Of a stretch of DNA of 62,122 nucleotides, positions 17,667 through 27,107 are shown piece after piece. Location: assembly GCA_002501605.1 (NCBI GenBank), contig DANW01000021.1, positions 1 through 62,122 on the forward strand, given 5' to 3'. How positions within the stretch are numbered: the first letter of the stretch is position 1; each line of letters starts with the position of its first letter. The DNA is from Euryarchaeota archaeon UBA28 (lineage in GTDB: Archaea > Thermoplasmatota > Poseidoniia > Poseidoniales > Thalassarchaeaceae). The notes under the pieces are model-generated. The model was not told the origin of the DNA. It saw only the letters and a program-made list of their open reading frames with translations, and made no database searches. The translations under genes were made by a program, and so were the position numbers.

Positions 17667-19085
17667 ATGATTACGCGAGATGCCATATACATTGATGGAA
17701 AGTGGGTTCCTGCAGGGGGGGATGGAAAAATTGAGGTCATCAACCCAGCAAATGAACAAATCATTGGCTCTGTTCCAGTTGGTACGGAAGGAGATGTGAA
17801 TGCGGCCATTTCGGCAGCTAGAGCCGCATTTCCTTCGTGGTCGAAGTCTAGTATAGAGGATAGGCAGGGGTACCTGAATGCAATCTCATCTGCAATCGCT
17901 GAGAGGGGGGAAGAGATTGCTAAGCTGATTTCCTCCGAAGTTGGGACCCCAATCAATTATTCTAGGATGGCAATGGTCGGGACTCCGAGAGTTGTGGCGA
18001 AATCTTATGCTAAGATTTTAGAAACGTTTGAGTGGGAGGAAGAAGTTAGGAATTCAGTCATTGTAAAGGAGCCTATCGGAGTAGTTGGAATGATTACTCC
18101 TTGGAATTTTCCACTTCACCAGATAGTGGGAAAGGTAGCTCCGGCCCTCGCAGCAGGCTGTACAATGATATTGAAGCCATCTAAAGAAGCTCCTCTAAAT
18201 GCATTCATTCTTGCTGATATCATCGATGAGTGTGGCCTTCCCGCGGGAGTGTTCAATCTTGTATCTGGTCACGGAAGAGAAATTGGGGAGGTTATTTCCT
18301 CTCACCCTGAAGTCGATATGGTTAGTTTCACTGGGTCTACATCGGCTGGAGTTAGTGTCTCTAAAGCCGCCTCTGAAACGGTTAAGAGAGTGACTCTTGA
18401 GCTGGGAGGAAAGAGTGCTAATATCATCCTTGATGATGCAGATATCGCAAAGGCATCCAAAATGGCAATATATTCTTGTTTCAATAACTCCGGCCAAGAG
18501 TGCTCTTCTCTAAGTCGCTTGCTAGTTCCGGCTAGTCATCGAGATGAAATTGTGAAAATCATTGCGTCTACGATGGAAAGATACTCAGTTGGCGATCCTA
18601 TGGATGAATCAATCAAATGTGGACCCATGGTCTCAGAGAGTCAGCAAAAATCAGTATCAGAGTATATCTCATTGGGGATATCAGAAGGAGCTACCCTCGT
18701 TTCTGGAGGAGAGGGATTGCCAGATGGGATTAATACTGGATTTTTTGTGAAACCGACCGTTTTTGCTGATGTTACAGCAGATATGTCTATCTTCAGAGAG
18801 GAGATTTTTGGCCCAGTTCTGTCTATTAGCACATATGAGGATGAAGATGAGGCAATTTCGATGGCTAATGATTCGGAGTATGGCCTGTCTGGAGGAGTAT
18901 GGTCGGGAGATGAGGAGCGCGCCATGCGTATTGCAAAATCCATCAGGACAGGTCAAGTAAGTATTAACGGTGGAGCCTTCAATATCAGTGCTCCTTTTGG
19001 AGGTTACAAGCTCTCAGGAAATGGAAGGGAACTTGGTCGGCATGGCCTCGAGGAATTCCTAGAAATCAAAGCAATACAACTCTGA
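17667..19085 (+). CDS. NAD(P)-dependent aldehyde dehydrogenase
   Basis: PWNFPL, ELGGKSANII, the catalytic-Cys block FNNSGQECSS and EEIFGPV. Confidence 0.9.
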   Translation: MITRDAIYIDGKWVPAGGDGKIEVINPANEQIIGSVPVGTEGDVNAAISAARAAFPSWSKSSIEDRQGYLNAISSAIAERGEEIAKLISSEVGTPINYSRMAMVGTPRVVAKSYAKILETFEWEEEVRNSVIVKEPIGVVGMITPWNFPLHQIVGKVAPALAAGCTMILKPSKEAPLNAFILADIIDECGLPAGVFNLVSGHGREIGEVISSHPEVDMVSFTGSTSAGVSVSKAASETVKRVTLELGGKSANIILDDADIAKASKMAIYSCFNNSGQECSSLSRLLVPASHRDEIVKIIASTMERYSVGDPMDESIKCGPMVSESQQKSVSEYISLGISEGATLVSGGEGLPDGINTGFFVKPTVFADVTADMSIFREEIFGPVLSISTYEDEDEAISMANDSEYGLSGGVWSGDEERAMRIAKSIRTGQVSINGGAFNISAPFGGYKLSGNGRELGRHGLEEFLEIKAIQL

Positions 19086-19090
19086 TTGGT

Positions 19091-19927
19091 TTAATTCCCC
19101 ACCCATTCTGGATTCTTTCTCTCTAGGAAGGCTTGGACTCCGATCTCCTTGTCCTCAGTATCAAACAAGGCCACGAACTCCGATCTCTCGGTCAGGACGC
19201 CTTCACTGAACGGTAGCTCAAGTGAAGCGCGAACAGCCCTCTTAGCCACTTTGACGGTGTAAGGTGACTTTCTAGCGATATTTTGTGCCATGTCCATTGT
19301 GAAATTCTCAAGTTCATCTGGAGCCACTACCTTATTCGCAAGTCCTATTTTTAATGCCTCTTGTGCACTGACCATATCTCCGGTAATTACCATCTCCATC
19401 GCCTTTCCATAGCCAATAAGCCTGCATAGCCTCTGAGTTCCTCCTCCACCTGGAATTAATCCAAGATTGATTTCAGGCTGTCCAAAGTTCGCTCTTTCAG
19501 AAGCGATTCTTATGTCACAGGAAAGTGCTAGTTCGGTTCCCCCACCAAGTGCAAACCCATCTACCATGGCTATAGTTGGCTTTGATAGATTCCAGACAGC
19601 CTCCCATGCATTGTCTTCAAAGAATGGTCTGACATCGTCTGAGTTCTTCCCAGAAAATTCAGAAATATCTGCTCCTGCAGCAAATGCATGAGGTTTCGCC
19701 CTCTTCCCCTCTGGCGGAATAGACGGGGGCGCTCCTCTGATCACTATACATCTAATCTGATCATTAGATTCGGCCCTCAAGCACTCATTTTTGATTGATT
19801 GGTGTATTTCTGCATTTAATGCATTTAGCTTGTCGGGCCTGTTTAGAGTCCATACAGAAATCATTCCTCCGGTCGGACTTGATCCTTCAACTAACACGTC
19901 CCTGACCTTCAAAACGTCTCCTTCCAT
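19091..19927 (-). CDS. Enoyl-CoA hydratase (crotonase)
   Basis: FAAGADISEF, DGFALGGGTELALSCDIRIA and GQPEINLGLIPGGGGTQRL. Confidence 0.9.
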   Translation of the reverse strand: MEGDVLKVRDVLVEGSSPTGGMISVWTLNRPDKLNALNAEIHQSIKNECLRAESNDQIRCIVIRGAPPSIPPEGKRAKPHAFAAGADISEFSGKNSDDVRPFFEDNAWEAVWNLSKPTIAMVDGFALGGGTELALSCDIRIASERANFGQPEINLGLIPGGGGTQRLCRLIGYGKAMEMVITGDMVSAQEALKIGLANKVVAPDELENFTMDMAQNIARKSPYTVKVAKRAVRASLELPFSEGVLTERSEFVALFDTEDKEIGVQAFLERKNPEWVGN

Positions 19928-19960
19928 GTACTTCGCAGACGAGTATCGGGTTTCAACGTA

Positions 19961-20890
19961 TCATTCCGTATCGCCGAAATTTGGAGGAGGAAGGGGAGGC
20001 ATTCCTGGGGGAGGCAGAGGGGGCATTCCTGGGTGAGGCATCTGAGGAGGAGTCGATAATTCTGATTTCAGATTAGCTTCGGATGTTCTTTCTTGTGAAA
20101 TTTTGTTAATTACTTCAAGAGGTTTCCTCATCATCAGGATTCTATTTTCATCGATTCTGAAGTAGGTTATTCCAAGAGGCTTTCCAGTATTGGGACTCTC
20201 GGGTTCTTCGTAAACAGTCAATCCGTGATCCTCCTCCCTAAGTATCGAGGCCAGATCTTCACCGTCCTCTGCTTCAGACCATTTTCTTGCCATTGAGGCC
20301 TTTCTCTCGGCGAGTTTCATCCTCCTTCTCCGCTCTATATCCGAGAGCATCTTCTCTCTCTTTTGCCTCCTTTGTGCAATATACCCCTCAATCTCTTCCT
20401 CTTCGTCAGAAATCGCATCCCCTTTTGCTATGTACTTCTTCGCTACATTGATACCTTCAGGAAGGGTTGATATGACGTCTTGAGTATCGGGGATGGGTGG
20501 ACTTTGAAGGGCACTGATTGCAGGGGGTTGAGCGGGAAGTGATGGGGGGGGAATCATTACCGGCAAAGGGGGAGGGGCGGGCATGTTCACCGGAAACTTA
20601 GACATTCCTCGAGTTCTTCTCATCTCGGATTTTGGTTTCACAACTTCGATATTGATTTGATCTGGACTCTCTGGCAGAGTTTTGGCTTCTTCCTCAGTTT
20701 CTATTTTTTCATCGTTTGAGGGAATTTCTAGTCTCTCTCTTCCAGTGAAAATAAGTAGAGATGCGAGTGCTAAGAGAATAGTTGCTCCCGCAACTCTCTG
20801 AATAATATTTACCTCACCCTGGAGCAAAAAAAACAGCAGGGAACCTCCGATAAGGGCCACCCAATTAATCAGTCTGGTCAGGGAAACCAT
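19961..20890 (-). CDS. Membrane-anchored proline-rich protein, unknown function
   Basis: Two N-terminal TM helices, an acidic linker, a polyproline tract (MPAPPPLPVMIPPPSLPAQPP), a charged helical stretch, and a C-terminal PGMPPLPP x2. Confidence 0.6.
   Translation of the reverse strand: MVSLTRLINWVALIGGSLLFFLLQGEVNIIQRVAGATILLALASLLIFTGRERLEIPSNDEKIETEEEAKTLPESPDQINIEVVKPKSEMRRTRGMSKFPVNMPAPPPLPVMIPPPSLPAQPPAISALQSPPIPDTQDVISTLPEGINVAKKYIAKGDAISDEEEEIEGYIAQRRQKREKMLSDIERRRRMKLAERKASMARKWSEAEDGEDLASILREEDHGLTVYEEPESPNTGKPLGITYFRIDENRILMMRKPLEVINKISQERTSEANLKSELSTPPQMPHPGMPPLPPPGMPPLPPPNFGDTE
19986..20033 (-). repeat. Tandem 24-nt coding repeat (2 copies) encoding PGMPPLPP
   Basis: Copies at 19986-20009 and 20010-20033 differ at 3 of 24 positions (19991, 19994, 19997). 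All three are third-codon positions and synonymous. Confidence 0.9.
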
Positions 20891-20924
20891 GTCACTCGCA
20901 GGCCTGACAGGAGGGGGTATGACT

Positions 20925-21518
20925 TCACATTGACGGGGAACTGATTGCTTCAGATAACGCCTTCAATGACTTTCCTCTATGCGAAATTGATGACTTCTCT
21001 TCCCTGCTCATTTGTGCAAATGATCTGCCATCGGAGTCATCAGGAATAAAAATTGGGTCGTAGCCAAAACCTCCGGTTCCTGAAATTTTCTCTCCTATTT
21101 TTCCTCTGCAAACGCCCTCGGCGATAATTTTCCTTTCACCTAGAACCAACACAGACACGGCTCTGTACTCGCAAGCTTTCATTTTGTTCCCGCTCATCAG
21201 ACGTAGTATTCCATCAACTCCAATTTTCCTGAACACGAATGATGAATATGTACCTGGAAAACCATCCAACGAGTCGATAAATAATCCTGAGTCTTCGACA
21301 AGAATTGCACAATCAGATTTTTGTGATTCTGGAACCATTGACATTGCTTGATCAGCCTTGGAAATTGCTATTTTTTCCAAGTCATCAAATTGAGGCTCAA
21401 TCAATTCTGGGGCCTTTCCCCCGATCATCATTTGCTCAATCTCAAATCCTAATGGCTCGAGATACCTTCTCGCCTCTTCCAATTTGTTTGTGTTTGCTGT
21501 AACAAAAATAACACGCAT
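20925..21518 (-). CDS. Non-canonical purine NTP pyrophosphatase (RdgB/HAM1/ITPase family)
   Basis: VIFVTANTNKLEEA, VEDSGLFIDSLDGFPGTYS and GFGYDPIFIP. Confidence 0.9.
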   Translation of the reverse strand: MRVIFVTANTNKLEEARRYLEPLGFEIEQMMIGGKAPELIEPQFDDLEKIAISKADQAMSMVPESQKSDCAILVEDSGLFIDSLDGFPGTYSSFVFRKIGVDGILRLMSGNKMKACEYRAVSVLVLGERKIIAEGVCRGKIGEKISGTGGFGYDPIFIPDDSDGRSFAQMSREEKSSISHRGKSLKALSEAISSPSM

Positions 21519-21522
21519 TTTA

Positions 21523-22203
21523 CTACCCCAAATACCTCACTCTATTCCTGATATCATTAAACCTAGAAATCACCGTTTCTGCGTTTGGTTTGATATCCGG
21601 GTTTGAAGCATCCCTATATCCTGAAATTACTCTTTCTATTGCTCCCTCAAAATCAGAATGGCTTGCCGACAAGCATTCATTCAATACCTGTAGATCTTGA
21701 CCAAAATGCTCTAATTCAGCCGATATTCTCGAAAGTCCAAAATCCAAAAGTGAAATTTTACGGTCTTTGTCGACCATTATGTTATGAGTCGTTAGATCCC
21801 CATGAGAGAAACCTAGCTCATGCAGGTTCCTAATTATTGAGCCTATCATTTCCAAGTCCTGGTCAGTTATTGATTTGTCTAGAAAGGAGTCAAAGATTGG
21901 CCTTCCTTCTATGCGTGTCAACACCATCCAGCTTTCCTCCAAGTCTAATTCTAGGAGCCTTGGAGCTGGGAAGCTTTTTGACTGAAGCCTTGAGAGTATC
22001 TTTGCCTCAACAGAAATCCTGCTCCTGGTGAGTCTGGAGTCCAATTCTGGATGTCTGTAGCCTCTTCTTCTCCTTGTCTTCAATACCGCTGGAATTCCCA
22101 GCCATAGTCCAGAGGTCACCCTCGCTTCCGCACCTTCATGTATAATTTCGGACTCTTCCCAATAGTCGAAATGGAGTCCGGCCATGGTTGTGGGATGACA
22201 CAT
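21523..22203 (-). CDS. bud32: Kae1-associated Ser/Thr kinase Bud32 (KEOPS subunit)
   Basis: Small RIO-like kinase of about 220 aa, with GAEARV, LKTRRRRGYRHPELD and the catalytic loop HGDLTTHNIMV...DFGLS. Confidence 0.8.
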   Translation of the reverse strand: MCHPTTMAGLHFDYWEESEIIHEGAEARVTSGLWLGIPAVLKTRRRRGYRHPELDSRLTRSRISVEAKILSRLQSKSFPAPRLLELDLEESWMVLTRIEGRPIFDSFLDKSITDQDLEMIGSIIRNLHELGFSHGDLTTHNIMVDKDRKISLLDFGLSRISAELEHFGQDLQVLNECLSASHSDFEGAIERVISGYRDASNPDIKPNAETVISRFNDIRNRVRYLG

Positions 22204-22245
22204 ACCTTGAAAGCGATTCCATCCGAGGGACTTTTGGGTTAGCGT

Positions 22246-23421
22246 ATGCAGATGCCGAAGTCACAGTCTTCCGTCATCCACACCAAGACCTCAACTCATG
22301 TTTTAGAGAACCCCGTCAAAAAGCAAAGGACGGGATTACTGATGGAGATGCCTACCGTCCCTTCTCCGAGAGGATTCATGGCGCCTAAGAGTTATACTCC
22401 TGAGGAAATTGAAACAGAGGCTATGCGACTTTTTGATGCCATAGGACAAAAAGAAAGATGGGATATGCGAATTTGTAGGGCTATATCACCTTTGACTCTG
22501 GAAATAAATGAGCTGAAAAGGGAGAAGGGGGTTTTTCTAATCGCTCATTCCTATCAGACTCCCGACATAGTATACGGAGTGGCTGATTCCGTCTCTGATA
22601 GTTACACCCTTTCAAAGGCGGCAAGGGACGCTCCACAAGAGATGATTCTTTTTTCAAGTGTTAGATTCATGGCTGAGACTGCAAAGATAGTCAGCCCCCA
22701 CAAAACGATCTTGCATCCGTCGCCAGAGGCGGGTTGTTCATTGAGTGATGGGATTTCTGCAGAGGATGTTGTAGAACTACGAAGGAAATATCCGGGCGTA
22801 CCTATAGCGTGTTACATCAACACCACTGCCTCCGTAAAGGCTGAGTGTGATGTTTGTGTCACTAGCAGCAACTATCTGCGAATATGTGAGAGATTACCTG
22901 GAGATAAGCTGATATTCGTCCCTGACAGATTTATGGGAAAGCATGTGCAGAACCACCTTCTTGGAAAGAAGGAGGTGATAATTTTTGATGGTGAGTGCGA
23001 GGTCCATGCTGAGTTCACAGGAGAGAAGGTTATTTCATGGAGAAAAAGGATGGAGTCACATGGTATAGATTTGCAGGTTCTGGCGCATCCAGAATGTGAT
23101 GCGGGGGTACTCGAGCAGAGTGATTTTGTTGGTAGTAGCGAGCTCCTGATGAGAGAGGCGATGCGCCTCGCCTCTGAGGGAAAGCCAGACATTATGCTGA
23201 TAACCGAATGTGGTACAGCCGAGAGGGTTCTTGCAGAGAGTGAGGATGAAATCAACCTACTAGGGGCGTGTGTCATGTGTAGGCATATGAAGAGGACTCA
23301 ATTAGAGGACATTCTCCAAGCATTGAGGAACCCTGTGCCTGAACAAATTATTGAGATCAATGATGATGTGATCCATAGAGCTAAGAGATCGTTGGATGAA
23401 ATGTTCAGACTGGCTGAATAA
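22246..23421 (+). CDS. nadA: Quinolinate synthase NadA
   Basis: LKREKGVFLIAHSYQTPDIVYGVADSVSDS, FMAETAKI, HPECD and TECG. The start is uncertain: in-frame ATGs at 22342, 22378 and 22465 would remove an atypical N-terminal extension of about 45-70 aa. Confidence 0.85.
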   Translation: MQMPKSQSSVIHTKTSTHVLENPVKKQRTGLLMEMPTVPSPRGFMAPKSYTPEEIETEAMRLFDAIGQKERWDMRICRAISPLTLEINELKREKGVFLIAHSYQTPDIVYGVADSVSDSYTLSKAARDAPQEMILFSSVRFMAETAKIVSPHKTILHPSPEAGCSLSDGISAEDVVELRRKYPGVPIACYINTTASVKAECDVCVTSSNYLRICERLPGDKLIFVPDRFMGKHVQNHLLGKKEVIIFDGECEVHAEFTGEKVISWRKRMESHGIDLQVLAHPECDAGVLEQSDFVGSSELLMREAMRLASEGKPDIMLITECGTAERVLAESEDEINLLGACVMCRHMKRTQLEDILQALRNPVPEQIIEINDDVIHRAKRSLDEMFRLAE

Positions 23422-23427
23422 CTGTGA

Positions 23428-25581
23428 TTACCTTTCACTTTGCTTCTGTCTTGCCCATGTAAAAACCAATGGAATCATAAGTACCACAGAGGTTTGTAAT
23501 AGAACTGACGAATATGGCTCGAATGTCTCCTCCATGTCGTACCAAGTCAACTCTGCCTCACCATCTATGCCGGATACAATCCAGCCAACCCCTCCCACAG
23601 TGACTTGTGGGCTGGAGTGGCTCTCTTGATCATCAAAGGTGAGTTGTCTAGTTTGGTTTGTATCCAGTTCATAGATGAATACCTGGGAAGTCTCGGACTG
23701 ATCTGGACTGGTTGTCCCTGGTTGGTATCTTGGTATCTGTAGGAAGGCGACATGGCCATGTCCTATACTAGGAGAGGAGGATTCCCAGAGAGGATTAGAA
23801 ATCAATGTCTGCATTCCTGAGACGGTATCCACGAAGACTGTCCTCTTGATCGGGCCTATGTCAACCACTGCCACAATTGATTGACCGTCAACGGATATTT
23901 CTACAACGCTCGCGTTGGAGTAATCGATATCAATCCCTGACTCATCGATTAGAAATTGGTCTTGATCTTCCTTAGCTACAACGTCCAAGTTAACAGAGGT
24001 TTCAGAGGTTGTTCCCGTCAGGAAGGAAGAGTAAACAGTAGGGCCAGCAGTATCATTTTTCAGAGACCATGCGATGGAGTTTCCAGAAACCTCCAGAGTT
24101 TCTAAATCAGCAGGTATTCCCTCAATTTCATTTATTTGTTGATTAGAGTCCATAGAAATTACCTCATCCCCAGAAAAAATTATGATAAGAGGACTTCCAT
24201 CTTGATCCTGCCCAATATCGGACATTTCGATATCAAAATCAGTATTGATAGAGTAGATTGGGGTAAAGGGGTCTATATCCGACTCGAGGTTGTACAAATC
24301 GAGTCTGGTTTCATTGTTGAGTAACAAAAATGGACCAGAAATGGAAACACTCGGTTCCTCGTACCAATTTGGCCCGGAGAGTACCACAGGGTCTCTGGAA
24401 TTTTCTACACTTATATTTAGTGCAGAAACCTCAATGTCATCCACTCCGTCCATTTGGGGGTCGACCTCGATTCCAATTAGCCAATCGTCCGATCCTGCCG
24501 CGGATGTCGGCCATTCAACACCCTCTACAGGAAAGTCCTGATGTGTCGCATCCCACAATAGAACTAGCCCTGTGGATAGTAAAAGTGCGGCGATGAATAC
24601 GCTGGTCTGCTTGCTTCCGGGTTCTTTCAAGGGGGAGAACCTCTGATTCACATAAGTCCTGAGTTCCTTCATGAAACCATTTGGATCGTCAATTAATCTT
24701 GCAAGCTTGCGTGTGAAAAGCCTCTCATCCGCTACCGTCCAAATTCCTTTGTGAGTTCTTTCGGTGACTGCGACCGAAGCAATTGCGACTAGCATTCCAC
24801 CTATGATATCTATCGCCCAATGAATTCCGAGATAGATGATTGAGAAAGCTGTGAGTGCAATGAAGACCACTAACAGTCTTCTGAACTTCATCCATCTACC
24901 ATCCTCATCCCATCTAGTCATGGTCAGCCAGATTGCGAATGGTAAGCCAATGTGTAAACTTGGCATTCCATTTGTGAATGGGTCAATCCTTGTGAACCAA
25001 TTGTGTATTTCTGGGGTGAGATCATAAGCAACAGTTTCCATTAAGGGAATATAGTCCCCAGTTACTCTTACATTGAAGAACAAGTAGAATGGGATGGCGA
25101 GAATATACACCCAGAACATCGATAGTGACACTCTATCGGCCATGTACCTATCATCGAAGTATATCGGATACACGAAGGATGCAAAAGTTACCGTCATGAA
25201 TCCCATAACGTAGAAATGGGTCAGGACAACATCAAGTATCGGAGTTCTGAATGCCTCTTGAATCCATAGCACTATGTCCCCTTCGATTGCGTAAACATAT
25301 GGGGTCATGTCGAGCTGAGTGTTTGCCATCAGGACCCTGTCCAAACCATCGAGGATATCCTTCCAAAGATATACCGAGAAAACGATTATCATATGGGCCC
25401 AGTACCTTCTGAACATATCGATGAAACCCTCGATTCTGACTTTTGTGTATGGGGGCTTGAATATGGGCATCATCGCAATACTGAGCAAAATTGCACCAGT
25501 AATCCAAGTGATGTATATCCCACTACCAACAGCCATGTCAATATCCTCCGAGAGGCATCTTTGAAATGAATTCGACCCCAA
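23428..25581 (-). CDS. PAP2-superfamily (PAP2_3/IPC-synthase-like) membrane domain fused to a large acidic extracellular domain with a C-terminal TM anchor
   Basis: Polytopic N-terminal half with PAP2 C2/C3-like motifs (MPSLHIG and IHWAIDIIGG). About 400 aa of acidic, beta-rich sequence follow. The last 30 aa form a TM helix plus basic tail (WARQKQSER). Confidence 0.65.
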   Translation of the reverse strand: MGSNSFQRCLSEDIDMAVGSGIYITWITGAILLSIAMMPIFKPPYTKVRIEGFIDMFRRYWAHMIIVFSVYLWKDILDGLDRVLMANTQLDMTPYVYAIEGDIVLWIQEAFRTPILDVVLTHFYVMGFMTVTFASFVYPIYFDDRYMADRVSLSMFWVYILAIPFYLFFNVRVTGDYIPLMETVAYDLTPEIHNWFTRIDPFTNGMPSLHIGLPFAIWLTMTRWDEDGRWMKFRRLLVVFIALTAFSIIYLGIHWAIDIIGGMLVAIASVAVTERTHKGIWTVADERLFTRKLARLIDDPNGFMKELRTYVNQRFSPLKEPGSKQTSVFIAALLLSTGLVLLWDATHQDFPVEGVEWPTSAAGSDDWLIGIEVDPQMDGVDDIEVSALNISVENSRDPVVLSGPNWYEEPSVSISGPFLLLNNETRLDLYNLESDIDPFTPIYSINTDFDIEMSDIGQDQDGSPLIIIFSGDEVISMDSNQQINEIEGIPADLETLEVSGNSIAWSLKNDTAGPTVYSSFLTGTTSETSVNLDVVAKEDQDQFLIDESGIDIDYSNASVVEISVDGQSIVAVVDIGPIKRTVFVDTVSGMQTLISNPLWESSSPSIGHGHVAFLQIPRYQPGTTSPDQSETSQVFIYELDTNQTRQLTFDDQESHSSPQVTVGGVGWIVSGIDGEAELTWYDMEETFEPYSSVLLQTSVVLMIPLVFTWARQKQSER

Positions 25582-25593
25582 AATTCACACTTT

Positions 25594-26598
25594 TCAAGTA
25601 ATCTTTACATTGTGACTATTCCGGTTATCCAGAGAATTCAGCATATTTTCTACAACTTTGCCGAAAGCTCTGGCTGTTTCTCCGTTTGGATCTGCTACGA
25701 TTCTGTGAACTCCGTCATCTCCACCCCTAACTACTCCCGGATCAAATGGCAGTCTTCCCAAAAATGGAACCTCCAAATCCTGAGCGGATTCCTCCCCTCC
25801 TCCAGATTTGAATAGATCTAGGGTAGTAGACCATGCCCCATCTTCCGATGCTATGATGCTAATTGGAACACCATTTGGGCCAGTGAGTGAGAATTCGGCA
25901 CCTGGGCCGGCAAAACCTGATAATTTGTAACCGCTCATATTCTCCACGACCCCGAGGACCGGTACGGAAATTGTTTTTGCGAAATTGATGGATTTCCGAC
26001 TGTCTAGAAGTGCTACTTCCTGTGGCGTGGTAACGATCACTACTCCATCCAAGTTGGGCAGAGTCTGGCTGACAGTCAGTGGCTCGTCTCCCGTCCCGGG
26101 CGGGAAGTCGATAACGAGTGCATCCAAATCCCCCCAAGCCACATCCCCAATGAATTGCTGGATTGCTCCGAGCTTGATGGGTCCTCTCCAAATCACCGGC
26201 TTATCCGGATCCTCAATCAAGAACGCCATTGAGATGACCTTTATCCCATGGGGGCCGATTGCAGGGAAAATCTGTCCATCCTCTATGTGTAACTCAGTAC
26301 CCTCCAAACCCAGCATTTTTGGTACATTTGGGCCGGTGATATCGATATCCATCAGCCCAACTTTCTTTCCCATTTTTGCTAGAGATAAGGCTATTCCAGT
26401 CGCGACAGTGGTCTTTCCAACGCCACCCTTTCCGGAAAGAACCATGATTTTGTGTTTGATTGTCTCGCTCATTTTAGACATTCTCATTTTCCTTTGCATC
26501 TGCTGATATGCCTGTTCCATCTGAGCTCGCTGATTCGCGTTTGCCTCTTGTTCGGGAGGAGATTCGGGGGAATGGTGAGATACTGGGGAATCTGCCAT
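25594..26598 (-). CDS. Mrp/NBP35/ApbC-family P-loop ATPase, atypical (no cysteines)
   Basis: Deviant Walker A (VLSGKGGVGKTT), DFPPGTGD and VVENMSG. It has a Q-rich N-terminal extension. The canonical CxxC after ENMS is replaced by an insertion of about 20 aa. Confidence 0.85.
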   Translation of the reverse strand: MADSPVSHHSPESPPEQEANANQRAQMEQAYQQMQRKMRMSKMSETIKHKIMVLSGKGGVGKTTVATGIALSLAKMGKKVGLMDIDITGPNVPKMLGLEGTELHIEDGQIFPAIGPHGIKVISMAFLIEDPDKPVIWRGPIKLGAIQQFIGDVAWGDLDALVIDFPPGTGDEPLTVSQTLPNLDGVVIVTTPQEVALLDSRKSINFAKTISVPVLGVVENMSGYKLSGFAGPGAEFSLTGPNGVPISIIASEDGAWSTTLDLFKSGGGEESAQDLEVPFLGRLPFDPGVVRGGDDGVHRIVADPNGETARAFGKVVENMLNSLDNRNSHNVKIT

Positions 26599-26661
26599 AG
26601 TTCATGGCAAAGGTGGGGATACTTCAATGCTATTCAAACTAAATTAGTGAAAATATGCTAT

Positions 26662-27078
26662 ATGGAATTCATTAATTTAGTAAGCCTAATTCCGATAGTC
26701 GTGAAGATTCTGTTTGTATGTGTCGGAAATACTTGCAGGAGCCAGATGGCAGAGGCTATTGCCAGGAGTCACGGGCATGTCGCGACCTCAGCTGGCACTC
26801 ATCCTGGGGAAGAAGTAAACGCTAATGCGATGAGGGTTCTTACAGAAGGGGGGATAGATTGTTCGGGTCTTTATCCCAAGTCATTAGATGACGTTGATAC
26901 AACGGGCCATGATAAGATAATAAGTATGGGTTGTGGGGTTCAATGTCCAAATATCCCTATCGATATTGACTGGGGATTGGACGATCCTCTTGGACAGTCA
27001 ATTGAATTTTACAGATTTACTATGCAGAGAATCGCAGATCTGATCAGAGACTCGGTCGATGAATGGACCGACGCTTAG
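26662..27078 (+). CDS. Low-molecular-weight phosphatase family protein, ArsC-like (thioredoxin-type arsenate reductase or LMW-PTP)
   Basis: CX5R P-loop (ILFVCVGNTCRSQMAEA) and a second Cys pair (ISMGCGVQCP). The GTG at 26701 is an alternative start. The upstream part of the ORF (26452-26661) overlaps the Mrp gene and is discounted. Confidence 0.8.
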   Translation: MEFINLVSLIPIVVKILFVCVGNTCRSQMAEAIARSHGHVATSAGTHPGEEVNANAMRVLTEGGIDCSGLYPKSLDDVDTTGHDKIISMGCGVQCPNIPIDIDWGLDDPLGQSIEFYRFTMQRIADLIRDSVDEWTDA

Positions 27079-27107
27079 AAAAGCGATTCTGGTTTCCCTG
27101 ACAACAT

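Noticed and set aside
17573-17956. 127-aa minus-strand ORF spanning the crotonase/ALDH divergent region
   Set aside because: It runs antisense to the well-supported ALDH N-terminus and its composition is not protein-like.
19986-20033. The proline-repeat DNA as a slippage or assembly artefact
   Set aside because: The two copies are not identical. The three differences are all synonymous third positions, which is not what a collapse or duplication artefact would produce.
26452-26661. Upstream 70 codons of the ArsC/LMW-PTP ORF, overlapping the Mrp gene start
   Set aside because: The extension is hydrophobic and Cys/His-rich nonsense overlapping a real gene. The LMW-PTP fold begins just before ILFVCVGNTCRS.
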